This document shows, piece after piece, positions 1 to 9,805 of a stretch of DNA of 64,000 bases. Position 1 is the first letter of the stretch; each line of letters opens with the position of its first letter. The notes under the pieces are model-generated. The model was not told the origin of the DNA, made no database searches, and saw only the letters and a list, made by a program, of their open reading frames with translations. Source of the DNA: Candidatus Obscuribacterales bacterium. Lineage in GTDB: Bacteria > Cyanobacteriota > Vampirovibrionia > Obscuribacterales > Obscuribacteraceae. Both the position numbers and the translations under genes were made by a program. The stretch is from positions 1,824,001 through 1,888,000 of the forward strand of contig CBDDIJ010000003.1 of assembly GCA_965228855.1 (NCBI GenBank), written 5' to 3'.

Positions 1-537
1 GTCGACAGGCAAGCCGTCTCTGCAAATTGCTCGGCGCAGTTCCTCTTGCGAGCGAACGGCATACGCTCCTGATGAGAGAATGGACTTTACCGGTTTCACA
101 AACCTCGGAAACTGAATTGAATCAATCGCGCCATGGTCATCCGGATGAATAAGTTGAAACGCGGCTGTCGCCTCGGGCACAAACTGTTGCTGAGCTAAAC
201 GGCTGTAGTACTTATGCTCACACGTCAAAATCGCAAGTGGCGACGGTCCCGGCAATCCAAGCTTTTGTGCGATGCAGGCAGACGCGACATTCATTCCGGG
301 GAAAGCAACCGCGCAAGTGACACCATCAAGTTTGACTTTTAAATTGAGTTCAGTCGTTGATTCGATCAAATCCAGGATGTCTAGCTCATGTCCGTAAGTC
401 GGGTTTGAGAGAAAACCACCCCTCGACCTGGGTTCTTCAATGATATTGCAACCAATCTTTTCGCCAAGAGCTGCCAGAGCCTCTCCAGCTCTTCGTGTCG
501 GACAAAGGAGAAGGACATTTCGATTGTTCTCAGTCAT
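1..537 (-). CDS. ATP-grasp domain protein (N-terminal part; runs off the left edge)
   Basis: Hand-translated, not in the ORF track. ATG at 537 preceded by GGAG, open to position 1: MTENNRNVLLLCPT...LGLPGPSPLAILTCEHKYYSR...QFPRFVKPVKSILSSGAYAV. The LGLPG..K..SR and FP.FVKP motifs are typical of ATP-grasp enzymes. Confidence 0.7.
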   Translation of the reverse strand, partial: MTENNRNVLLLCPTRRAGEALAALGEKIGCNIIEEPRSRGGFLSNPTYGHELDILDLIESTTELNLKVKLDGVTCAVAFPGMNVASACIAQKLGLPGPSPLAILTCEHKYYSRLAQQQFVPEATAAFQLIHPDDHGAIDSIQFPRFVKPVKSILSSGAYAVRSQEELRRAICRDGLPVD

Positions 538-598
538 AATGACTCCGAGCCGGACGTTAATCGATCATAGCAGCGCAATACGGATATTGGTCACTTGT

Positions 599-1894
599 TT
601 ATCTGAGATTGTGCAGAGCAGTTTCCGCAATTTCGCGAATCTTCGGGTCACGCGCATTTTGCGCGACCCAGCGAAACTCACCGGCAGCCAATGTGACTTG
701 ATCCAAACCCAGAAAGCATAGACCGGACAGATATCTGCATCTCTCATCCGCTCGGTTCTCAGAAAGTAGGTCAAGCGCCTGCTTGTATCTGTGCGCGCGA
801 TAATGCTCCGAGGCTCGCATATAGGGACTTATCTCCTCTGACTGACTGCCGTCATCAGAATCTACGTATGGAAGTTCTGCCACCACTCCTGGTTCTACAG
901 CATTAGCGCCACCTGTACATTGCTCGATCGTAAACCCTTCATCCATCAGAACAGAGAGAACGCCTTTCTCGCCAACCACTCTCCGCACGTCCAGGGAGAG
1001 AAAAATCGGGCTCACGTTCTTCGCGACATTCGCGAGAACGGAAACGAGCTGTTTATTCCTGTTTATATACAGCGCCTGATATGCCTCAAAAAGGTCTGGA
1101 TGAGCCTTGACCGTCATCAGGCACGCATCAGCCATCTTGGACCTATCACCAAGCCGCCAGGCCTTCTCGAGAGCAGTCTCTTGCTGCTCATAATTTAAAA
1201 GCTCCAACAGCGACAATCGCAGACACTGGTCCTGCATGTCCGGCGTCAGGGAGTCGAAGTACTCCAGGCGAGCGAGCGCCGGATCAAGCTCCATCAGAGG
1301 CTTTCGAGTCCGTTTGGATTCAGTGATCAGCTGCCGTTCAAGATCCAGGAGGTTGAAGCCGATCTGTCGGATCAAGGACTGATCGAAACTCGTGATCAGG
1401 AAAAACGGCTTCCAGACTTCGTAAATTGCTGTGGTATCGTCGGTCACCCGAGCCAATTCGTACAGGATCTTAACTGTTTTATCCTGTATGTGACTGGAAA
1501 GTTTATCACCGGACCCATAGCATCCCATACTGTATGGATCCGACGGCAATCCCGCATGAGAATCAACCGCCATAGCTTTTGACTGTTTAAACGCGCGTGC
1601 GGCTTCTCCGGTTAACGCAAAATAGCGGTCCTTTCCGTGGTTTATCGTAGCGTAGATATAAACATTTGCCTTTCCTCTGGTCGCTTTCCACAAGACGGGT
1701 CGGCGTTCTCCCTCTGAACCAGCAGCTTTGCTTTCTGCAGCCGGATTCGCATCGTTCGCCTTGCCGTCACCAGATTTAGTTCCACTAGTAGAGCAGAGCT
1801 TCTCCTCGGCAAAAACCATCTGCGGTGTCAATACCGCAGACAGTACTAGTACCAAAAGCGATGCCTGCACAGACGACTTTAAACGCGCAATCAT
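599..1894 (-). CDS. TraB/GumN-family secreted protein with C-terminal TPR-like segment
   Basis: Signal peptide; VLWKATRG..NVYIYATI, LEKAWRLGD, LYINRN and GVLSVLMDEGFTIEQ match the TraB/GumN layout; TPR-like tail (RYLSGLCFLGLDQ). Confidence 0.7.
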   Translation of the reverse strand: MIARLKSSVQASLLVLVLSAVLTPQMVFAEEKLCSTSGTKSGDGKANDANPAAESKAAGSEGERRPVLWKATRGKANVYIYATINHGKDRYFALTGEAARAFKQSKAMAVDSHAGLPSDPYSMGCYGSGDKLSSHIQDKTVKILYELARVTDDTTAIYEVWKPFFLITSFDQSLIRQIGFNLLDLERQLITESKRTRKPLMELDPALARLEYFDSLTPDMQDQCLRLSLLELLNYEQQETALEKAWRLGDRSKMADACLMTVKAHPDLFEAYQALYINRNKQLVSVLANVAKNVSPIFLSLDVRRVVGEKGVLSVLMDEGFTIEQCTGGANAVEPGVVAELPYVDSDDGSQSEEISPYMRASEHYRAHRYKQALDLLSENRADERCRYLSGLCFLGLDQVTLAAGEFRWVAQNARDPKIREIAETALHNLR

Positions 1895-2466
1895 GGCGTT
1901 ATCTCAAAAGAGTTGAAGAACCTGGACACGTCCTTGGAGTTGACCCAAACCCCCGTTCCCATCGCGGAAACGAGATATAGTTTTTTGCCTGCAACATAGC
2001 CCCGCGCGATCGCTTGCACATCAGCCTCGACCTTAACCTTGCCGCGCATCTCCAGACCATCATATTCTTTCAACTTGATCGAAGATTCGGTATCGACTTC
2101 CGCCTTCATCCCCTCTATTGCAGCACGAACAATCGGTTTGATTTTTTCCGGTGTCAGCTCTTCATCGTCAGGACCGGTCATGCTCAAAAACATATAGATG
2201 CCGTGGGGCAAATCGGCGCCCATTGCGGTCAACTGTCCGTTCAGATCTTTCTTTTGAAACTGAACCGGCATCAAAATCTTCGCCGAATAATTCGGGAAGT
2301 ATGCGGTCTTCAGTTTATCTAAAACCTTATGAGGTTTCGAAACTGAAGCTGTCTTCTCCGGCGGTGATTTTGCGACCACATCTTTCGAATCAGCTAAAGT
2401 CGCCCCCGCAAAAACAGAGGCAAGCACGATGGCGATTGAGACCAGTCCAACCGCGCGACCCAGCAT
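1891..2466 (-). CDS. hypothetical secreted protein
   Basis: Signal peptide; ends RFFNSFEITP; start and stop overlap both neighbouring genes. Confidence 0.65.
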   Translation of the reverse strand: MLGRAVGLVSIAIVLASVFAGATLADSKDVVAKSPPEKTASVSKPHKVLDKLKTAYFPNYSAKILMPVQFQKKDLNGQLTAMGADLPHGIYMFLSMTGPDDEELTPEKIKPIVRAAIEGMKAEVDTESSIKLKEYDGLEMRGKVKVEADVQAIARGYVAGKKLYLVSAMGTGVWVNSKDVSRFFNSFEITP

Positions 2467-5057
2467 TATTGCCGAGTATCTGGCGAAGTGCCTGCCATCG
2501 TCTGTGGTTGCGCGGTCATGTTTTTAGCCTTATGCGATGCGTAAGACAGAATCGCTTCGACCTGACCTAAATAATCGACGATGTAGCGAGCACGGAAGCC
2601 TCGCTGAATGAAAGCCTCCAGGCGGAGCCATTCTTTGACGGTGCTGTGCAGACTGGATACATCTTTCAGAGCAACATCAATCTCCTTCTCAGTAGATTTT
2701 TTATCGAGCGAATGCATAGCCTTTTGAAGCGACTCGATCTGGTTCAGAACATCATTCGTACTAGCTGTATCCGACAGGATGTGCGTTTTGGGGTCCTGCA
2801 AATAGCGATTAACCATTGCCGCAAAGTCATCAACGAGGAAACGGCTTGCGCGAATCGGCTCTGATTGCGGTGTTAATAGCGGTTGCTTGCGATAGGGACC
2901 GAGTTTCAAAACATTCAGTTTCTTATCGTCAAGGTGCGCGGCGGCGAACATTGTCGTTCCTAACGTTCCAGTCGAACGTGCAGTATCGAGTTGTTCGATC
3001 AATCCGGCCATGTCAACACGCATGATCGCAAGTCCTGGATAAACGAGCGTTTTATCCTGAGTCGATTCACGACAGAACTTCGCCATGTTCGAGAGGTCTT
3101 GTGGAGTGTGAGAGTACGTCATCGGATTGAGCGTATCAATCCAACCGTTCATAACCCACGTTTCCCAATCTTGCTGAATAGCATTGATACGCATTCGGCG
3201 AGGGAAAGCGTAGACGGCAACAGAGATACGCAGCTTCGGACGCTGCGAGCGAATCATCTCGGAAACTTCTTTCACGAGTTGGTTGACCTGATGAGTTTTC
3301 CAGGCGGTAAACAGTTCGCGAGTGCTGTCGTCCAGCCGGTCTAGAGACAAACCTGTTTCCTGCTCGAATCTGGTTCGGCTCATCCAGTTTAAACCGCACT
3401 CGCTGCCTTTGTTGTTAAACGGATAGCGGATGTAATCGAGTTGAATTCCATCAACCTGATACTTGGAGATGGTTTCTGAAATCAAGTCTTTAATGTACTT
3501 GCGGCAATCAGGATTCGATGCATCAAGCCAGTATTCATGCTGCTTTGGTGGAACCAGAGTACCAGTCGCGGTAGACAACGCCCAGGTCATGTCATGCTTC
3601 GAAAGTACCGGACCCGGATAGTCGGGATCTTTTCCGATGATGGGATTGTGCCTTGTGTTTCCAACTGCAAAACTCCAGAACCAGGCATGTATTTCCATGC
3701 CGCGTTTCTTAGCCTCGATGCAGGCAACACCAAGCGGATCCCAACCCTTTGTCTCCGGGTTCTGCTCCGTCATGTTGCTTGGATACATGGTGAATCCGGC
3801 GTTATTGGTTTCAAAATAAATGACGTTGATGCCTGATGCTTTGAGCTTATCGAATAGCTCGGTCATGCCCTTCGGACCTTTGCAGGCAACGATGGTCCCG
3901 CGGTCAAGCCAGACAGAGCGGGCTTCGACCGGGCGGACGGGCATAGCCTGACCGAATGCAAGCGCAAAGTACTGTCTTGCTTTTGCCAGATCTTGATCGG
4001 CTTCGTAGAACCGGCGGTCTTTATAGGCGGTATGGAAGGCAGCAACGTGCTTGAGAGCCGTATCGTAGTCGGACTGTATCGAGCGATAGGGTACGACAAA
4101 CTCGGCTTGTTTAGCCGTCTTGATGGTCTCTAACGTTCTATTTGACAGATAATCGAGTTCTTCCTTGATTGTTTGATACTCGGCATAACTGATTTGAACA
4201 GCTGCTTTCTGAGTGATACCAGGAGACAAATCGTCGAGCACCATGGAGATGTATCGCGAGTTCATGCCGATGTCGCCCTGCAGTCCTGGCGCCCAACCTA
4301 AGAAGGCTGCGTTTCCTTTGCGGACAACAGCGCTGCCAGGAGAATTGCCACCGGCGACATCCCATTTAGCGAGCGTCTTCGCGTCGGGTGCTACCACCAC
4401 CCGCGCCACCAGAGTTCCAACGGCAATATTGTCGCTCATCGGAAGAGGTGAGTTCGTCCATGTAAGCTTCGCCGGATCTTTGAAGTTAGTCTGTGAATCT
4501 ACTTTGACGCCGGCGAGTGCGCTCAATGCTACCGCGCCACTACCGGGAGTACCGCCACCATCCATGATGATAATCTTTCCGCCGCCGCGCGCGTAGTCAC
4601 TGAGACCTGATACCACCCCTGGTAGCAAGTCGACTAGCATCGGCACAATCACCGCGTCATACTTGGAAAGTTTTTCGCGCCCCATACCTGCATCGACATC
4701 GCCGAGTTCGTCGTAGCGAACGTTTGCTCCGCCCAACGTTCGTTTAAATTCGGCGTAGTCGTCATCATACGTACCGAGGTGTTGATCCTGGTAAACGTCC
4801 CGGTTGTGTTGGCTGTTTAACAGCCCCACCGGTGATTCCGCGAGTGCCACACCAGCAAAAAACACTGACAAAAACAAACCCAGAGCGGCGGAAAGCGTCA
4901 CCCTTAGTGTCGTCCGTTTTCCGAATGCCTTGAACACTGCACTCCTCCTGACAAAATTTCTCGCCCAGCGAAAGCCGTCTCGCGTGTTTCTACAACATAA
5001 GACTTTACTGGTTTCTCTTAGACCTTGCATTATTGAACTATTCGCTTTGATTTTCAT
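2466..5057 (-). CDS. GHL10 / DUF187 family glycoside hydrolase-like protein with extra N-terminal domain
   Basis: Motifs EARSVWLD, GINVIYFET, WDPL...AKKRGMEIHAW, DGIQLDYIRYP and QDWETW. The true start may lie downstream of 5057. Confidence 0.8.
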   Translation of the reverse strand: MKIKANSSIMQGLRETSKVLCCRNTRDGFRWARNFVRRSAVFKAFGKRTTLRVTLSAALGLFLSVFFAGVALAESPVGLLNSQHNRDVYQDQHLGTYDDDYAEFKRTLGGANVRYDELGDVDAGMGREKLSKYDAVIVPMLVDLLPGVVSGLSDYARGGGKIIIMDGGGTPGSGAVALSALAGVKVDSQTNFKDPAKLTWTNSPLPMSDNIAVGTLVARVVVAPDAKTLAKWDVAGGNSPGSAVVRKGNAAFLGWAPGLQGDIGMNSRYISMVLDDLSPGITQKAAVQISYAEYQTIKEELDYLSNRTLETIKTAKQAEFVVPYRSIQSDYDTALKHVAAFHTAYKDRRFYEADQDLAKARQYFALAFGQAMPVRPVEARSVWLDRGTIVACKGPKGMTELFDKLKASGINVIYFETNNAGFTMYPSNMTEQNPETKGWDPLGVACIEAKKRGMEIHAWFWSFAVGNTRHNPIIGKDPDYPGPVLSKHDMTWALSTATGTLVPPKQHEYWLDASNPDCRKYIKDLISETISKYQVDGIQLDYIRYPFNNKGSECGLNWMSRTRFEQETGLSLDRLDDSTRELFTAWKTHQVNQLVKEVSEMIRSQRPKLRISVAVYAFPRRMRINAIQQDWETWVMNGWIDTLNPMTYSHTPQDLSNMAKFCRESTQDKTLVYPGLAIMRVDMAGLIEQLDTARSTGTLGTTMFAAAHLDDKKLNVLKLGPYRKQPLLTPQSEPIRASRFLVDDFAAMVNRYLQDPKTHILSDTASTNDVLNQIESLQKAMHSLDKKSTEKEIDVALKDVSSLHSTVKEWLRLEAFIQRGFRARYIVDYLGQVEAILSYASHKAKNMTAQPQTMAGTSPDTRQ

Positions 5058-5129
5058 TAACCTTGATCACAACTCGATCTCGAGTGATATCGAAAAGACA
5101 TACAGAACCGAAAAGAACCAGGGAAACCA

Positions 5130-5651
5130 TCAATAGCGCTGCGACTTCACGACCCGTTCCAGTTGTCGCTGAGAATCACGTTTTGAAATTGTGTCGCGCT
5201 TGTCGTGCAATTTCTTACCTCTACACAAGCCCAGAGCGATTTTTGCGCGGTTGTTTTTAAAATACAGCTTCAGAGGAATCAAGGTTAGCCCTTTCTCCTG
5301 AACTTTGGCTTTCAGCCTGCGAATCTCGTATTTGTGCAGAAGCATGCGCCGTTTGCGGTCAGGGTCGTGGTTGAAACGATTGCCATGGTCATAAGGGGAG
5401 ATATGACAGCCGTAAAGCCAGACCTCGCCTGCTTCGATACGCGCATGCGCATCCTGCAAGTTAGCGAGCCCCTGCCGCATCGACTTAACCTCGGTGCCGA
5501 CCAGTGCCAGACCGCATTCCAGCGTCTCCAGCACTTCATATTCGAAGCGCGCGCGTTTGTTATCAGTGATCACCTTTATCGTGTCAGCCTTCTCGGCCGG
5601 CGCGGACGGTTTTTGAGTCGGGGCGGTTGGGTTCGATTTTTTCTTGGACAT
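5130..5651 (-). CDS. smpB: SsrA-binding protein SmpB
   Basis: NKRARFEY, GLALVGTEVKSMR, GLTLIPLKLYFK, RGKKLHDKR. Confidence 0.97.
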   Translation of the reverse strand: MSKKKSNPTAPTQKPSAPAEKADTIKVITDNKRARFEYEVLETLECGLALVGTEVKSMRQGLANLQDAHARIEAGEVWLYGCHISPYDHGNRFNHDPDRKRRMLLHKYEIRRLKAKVQEKGLTLIPLKLYFKNNRAKIALGLCRGKKLHDKRDTISKRDSQRQLERVVKSQRY

Positions 5652-5894
5652 GGTGAATGGACGAGCGTGTTAAGAACCGGTGAGCACTCGGCAAAGCGCG
5701 GCAAGAGCCAAACAGCCCGCAGAGTCGCTCTTTCTGAGACCGAGTTCCGGCAGACAACTGTTATCTATGTCAGTATAAATGGTATGTAGCTGTTGTGGGG
5801 AAACGTGGCGCAAAGAGTCAGACAGTCCCACTTGGCAGCCGTGATATGATGAAGGCGAAAGCTTCGTCTCGAATACCAGGAATCGCTGACGCAG

Positions 5895-7022
5895 ATGATC
5901 AAGATTCAACCGTTCCTCCCAGTAGACTCAACGCAAGTAAAGGCGCTGCTCCGTCATCAAAACGAGCCCGTGCCGTACGAGAGCTTCTGCCAGGAAGATC
6001 GTGTTCTGAATTCCGGCATGACCTTCTGGCAGCACTGGATTCCATGCGGATTGCACGTCGGTCCGTCCGTTTACGTCGCTAAAGAAGATAACGTCGTCCT
6101 GGGTTTAATCTCAGTGGACACAAACGGCCGCAGTCACAATTGCTGGCGAGTAGATCACCTTGTGGTCCATCCTCAACATCGAGGACGCGGCATCGCACAG
6201 GAACTTTTGAGATTCGCGCTGGCCTATTTCGGCAGCCAGGGAATCGCCCATTTCGTTATGGAAGTGTCGGATCAGAATTCGGCAGGTCTTGCGCTTTTAG
6301 GCTCATGCGGCTTTCGACGCTGCACCAAAGTAACTTACTATCAGGTTCCCCTCGATCTCGAAGACAGACAGGGCAATACCACAGATGGTGACGTTTTCCG
6401 CCTGGCGGTTCCAACAGACAGAAACAAGATTTACGACCTTTCGCAAGACGTCATACCGCTGGATTTAAGACGCATCTTCGATTACGTCGCCGATGACTTT
6501 CATGTCGCAGAATTGAAACTGGAAGGTCTCGATAAGCTATCGAAGCGCCTCTTGCGTACTCGCCGATGGTACTGGGTAAAAGAGCAACCAGAGCGCGGCG
6601 TCATTCCATGCGCCATTCAAGTAACTGCGCATCGGGAAGGCGACTATCACCTCGAATTTTTCGTCCATCCGGGCTGGTCTCACATGGCTCCAGAGGTCAT
6701 CGACTTCGTGCTTACGTTCATGAAACGCGCCGGCATGAAGGGAATGGTGATGATCAAGGTGTACGATTTCCAGAAAGAGGTCATGGAAGCCGTTGAGAAC
6801 GCTGGATTAGAACGGATGGGCAGCTTCGGTCTATACGCCCGCGAACATTGGAAACGCGCAAAGAAACCGAAGACAGCAATGCTGGAGAACGTTCAACTCA
6901 ATCTCGGCAGGCCGGCAGTCAATATTCCGTTCGTCGCCGGCGCTGATGGCGCAAGCATGATCATGGATCTGGACTTCGAATATCGCCGCCTGGAAGGCTT
7001 TGACCAGACAGACGACTCCTGA
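5895..7022 (+). CDS. tandem GNAT-family N-acetyltransferase
   Basis: Acetyl-CoA-binding motif LVVHPQHRGRGIA, NSAGLALLGSCGF, and a second degenerate GNAT domain (FVHPGWSH). Confidence 0.8.
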   Translation: MIKIQPFLPVDSTQVKALLRHQNEPVPYESFCQEDRVLNSGMTFWQHWIPCGLHVGPSVYVAKEDNVVLGLISVDTNGRSHNCWRVDHLVVHPQHRGRGIAQELLRFALAYFGSQGIAHFVMEVSDQNSAGLALLGSCGFRRCTKVTYYQVPLDLEDRQGNTTDGDVFRLAVPTDRNKIYDLSQDVIPLDLRRIFDYVADDFHVAELKLEGLDKLSKRLLRTRRWYWVKEQPERGVIPCAIQVTAHREGDYHLEFFVHPGWSHMAPEVIDFVLTFMKRAGMKGMVMIKVYDFQKEVMEAVENAGLERMGSFGLYAREHWKRAKKPKTAMLENVQLNLGRPAVNIPFVAGADGASMIMDLDFEYRRLEGFDQTDDS

Positions 7023-7100
7023 GAAAGCTGGTGGAAGTTTAACCCAACTACTATATAGGGAACGTTGACTGAATCGCGTGTTCTATTCGAGGAGTTTTTC

Positions 7101-8132
7101 ATGGCAGTAAAAAAGTATGGCGTCCCAGGAATTCCCGGCTTCACACCAACGACAGCAAGGAATGCTGCGGTTTTCGCAGGCTTGACGCTCATGCTTCTCT
7201 CCAGCGTTCCAGCCTCTCAAGCCCAGGCGCCGAAGGATAAACAGAAAGAGTCCACGTCAGACAACGCCTCCAAGAGCGGAAAGCAAGCAAAATCGGCTGA
7301 CGAAGCGGCTGTGAAACAGGACGAGCATCTCACTCTCGGACCGGCTACAGTCAGGCTAGGCACTCTGCTCGCCAATCTTGAGCTTCCGGCTGGCTACATA
7401 TTCGTAGATAAAGAGGAAGCCGAAAAATTTCTGAAGGCACAAGGAAGCTCGCCTGAAGGTATTCTTGGCATCATTGCTCCGGCTGATCAAAAGAAAGATG
7501 GTTCATTCGTCGTAATCTGCCGCTTTGAAGACGTAGGCTACGTCAAGGACGACGACGCAGACAAAATCAAACCTGATGAGATTCTCAACTCATACAAGGA
7601 AGGGACGCGCGATCAAAACGAAGAACGCAAGGAATTGAACCTTCCGCCGATATTCGTGGGAGGCTGGGCTGAAAAACCGCACTATAAAAAAGACTCGCAC
7701 CAGGTGATCTGGGGAATCGAGGTTAAAGACGAAGACCGCGCCGAAGCCCCCGTTCAGGACATCAACTACAACACACGCATATTAGGAAGACGTGGCGTTC
7801 TATCTTTGAACCTCGTCACCTCACCTCAGGAACTGGAGTCGAACAAAAAGAAAGTCGCTCAATTGCTTGACGCGACAACGTTTGTGAAGTCTCAAACCTA
7901 TGCAGACTACGATCCTGCCACCGATAAGAAGGCGGAGTACGGCCTCGCCGGTTTAATTCTTGGCGGCGGCGCAATGGCAGCAGCAGCTAAGTTTGGCATC
8001 TTTGGCGCGCTTGGCAAATGGCTGATCGGCATCGTGCTTGTTTTCAAGAAATTCGCCATCGTCGCGATCGCCGGTGTTGGAGCGCTTATCGCGAAGCTGT
8101 TTGGCAAGAAAAACAAAGACGAGCAACAGTAA
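7101..8132 (+). CDS. DUF2167 family membrane-anchored protein
   Basis: GYVKDDDA, GWAEKPHY, INYNTRILGRRGVLSLN, DKKAEYGLAGLI. ATG at 7101 after GGAG is preferred over the TTG at 7065. Confidence 0.85.
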   Translation: MAVKKYGVPGIPGFTPTTARNAAVFAGLTLMLLSSVPASQAQAPKDKQKESTSDNASKSGKQAKSADEAAVKQDEHLTLGPATVRLGTLLANLELPAGYIFVDKEEAEKFLKAQGSSPEGILGIIAPADQKKDGSFVVICRFEDVGYVKDDDADKIKPDEILNSYKEGTRDQNEERKELNLPPIFVGGWAEKPHYKKDSHQVIWGIEVKDEDRAEAPVQDINYNTRILGRRGVLSLNLVTSPQELESNKKKVAQLLDATTFVKSQTYADYDPATDKKAEYGLAGLILGGGAMAAAAKFGIFGALGKWLIGIVLVFKKFAIVAIAGVGALIAKLFGKKNKDEQQ

Positions 8133-8405
8133 AACGATAGTTTTCTCAGAAGAAACTAATCAAAAACAGCCGGAATCATTGCAGCATTTGTAAAGGAATT
8201 GCGAAAAGGGCGGTACTGCGCCCGGCAGATCTGATAGGCTTGCAGATCGCCGAGTGAAGCCGGTCTGAATCTTCAGACAGAGCAATTCTGTTTGGAGGTG
8301 GGCGGCGGATTTGGTATCATGTCCGTTCGCTCAACCAATTTAGAGCCGTAAGATAGTTCAAAATACCGTCGGTTAGCGGTTTTTAAGATACTCAGGAGAT
8401 ATCTG

Positions 8406-8807
8406 GTGCCAACCATCAACCAACTTATTCGCCACGAGCGCAAGAAGGTCACATTCAAGACCAAGTCGCCAGCCCTCAAGTCCTGCCCTCAGCGCAGGGG
8501 TGTTTGCACGCAAGTGAAAACAACCACACCTAAGAAGCCCAACTCGGCACTCAGAAAGATTGCCCGGGTGCGCCTCACCAACGGCATTGAAATTACGGCC
8601 TACATTCCAGGCATCGGACACAACTTGCAAGAGCACAGCGTTGTTCTCGTAAGAGGCGGTCGGGTCAAGGACCTGCCGGGTGTTCGCTATCACATCGTCC
8701 GCGGTGCTCTCGACACAGCAGGTGTCAAGGATCGCAAACAAGGACGCAGCAAGTATGGTGCTAAGCGCGCTAAACCAGGCGCAGCTAAGCCGGGCGCTAA
8801 GAAGTAA
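8406..8807 (+). CDS. rpsL: 30S ribosomal protein S12
   Basis: [32 protein letters not shown] start after AGGAG. Confidence 0.99.
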   Translation: MPTINQLIRHERKKVTFKTKSPALKSCPQRRGVCTQVKTTTPKKPNSALRKIARVRLTNGIEITAYIPGIGHNLQEHSVVLVRGGRVKDLPGVRYHIVRGALDTAGVKDRKQGRSKYGAKRAKPGAAKPGAKK

Positions 8808-8853
8808 GCGCGAAATAGTTTTCGGTTAAGGACTTTGTTTTAGGAAACGAGTT

Positions 8854-9324
8854 ATGTCAAGAAGAAATGCGGCAACTAAGCGCCTTCCCCCTCCAGATCC
8901 GGTATACGATAGCCCGACGATTCAACGCTTCGTAAACCGCATGATGCAACGCGGAAAGAAAAGTACAGCACAAAGACTTTTCTATAACGCTCTCGAAATC
9001 ATCGCTGATAAAACCAAACAAGAAGCGCTCGACGTCTTCAACAAGGCTCTTAAGAACGTAACCCCGCTGGTCGAAGTAAAAGCTCGCCGCGTCGGTGGTT
9101 CTACATACCAGGTACCGGTCGAAGTAAAAAGTTCCCGCGGCGTCGCACTCGCAACGCAATGGATCATCACCAACAGCCGTAAGCGTGGTGGCAGATCGTT
9201 TGCAGAGCGCCTCTCGGCTGAACTTATCGATGCCTCAAACGGCGCCGGTGCTTCAGTGAAGAAGCGTGACGACACCCACAAGATGGCTGAAGCCAACAAA
9301 GCGTTCGCGCACTACCGTTATTAA
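8854..9324 (+). CDS. rpsG: 30S ribosomal protein S7
   Basis: RRVGGSTYQVP, HKMAEANKAFAHYRY. Confidence 0.99.
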   Translation: MSRRNAATKRLPPPDPVYDSPTIQRFVNRMMQRGKKSTAQRLFYNALEIIADKTKQEALDVFNKALKNVTPLVEVKARRVGGSTYQVPVEVKSSRGVALATQWIITNSRKRGGRSFAERLSAELIDASNGAGASVKKRDDTHKMAEANKAFAHYRY

Positions 9325-9357
9325 AGAATACGGGCGCCACAAGCTCCCGTAACCCGC

Positions 9358-9383
9358 AAAAGCCTGGATTTATCCAGGTTTTT
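9358..9383 (+). terminator. putative intrinsic terminator between rpsG and fusA
   Basis: Hairpin AAAAGCCTGGAT-TT-ATCCAGGTTTTT with a T tract. Confidence 0.65.
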
Positions 9384-9805
9384 CCGTATAAACGACCTTT
9401 TTGGTTTCAAATTCGGTATAACGATGATTGGTTTGAGTTTCTAAGAAAACACAGGCTCTTTTATCGAAGAACGGTTCGAAATCTAAAGGCGTAGCACTGG
9501 AAGGTCGCTGCGCTTTACATCAAAAGTGCAACGAGTTTCGTCCTGATGCCACCAAGCATACCGATCCTATACTGCCGGGATCGCGCATGGCAGGCTCTTC
9601 TCGAAAGGTTCTTGAAATTTGCGATTTTTCGTCCACTCACCCTGAAGGTGTTCCAGCGACGGTGAATTGTAAAGATCAGATCTGAAGGAAGTTGGTGATT
9701 CAGACGAATTATTGAAAACCCGTGTTACTTTCTCAAATGGTGATTTTCAGTACTCTTCCTGAAGATGACCTTGTGGACTCGAATCTATTACAGGGCAGCA
9801 GAAGT

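Noticed and set aside
9530..9600. Hammerhead ribozyme suggested by GGACGAAAC on the minus strand
   Set aside because: The required CTGATGA core is not present in a compatible position.
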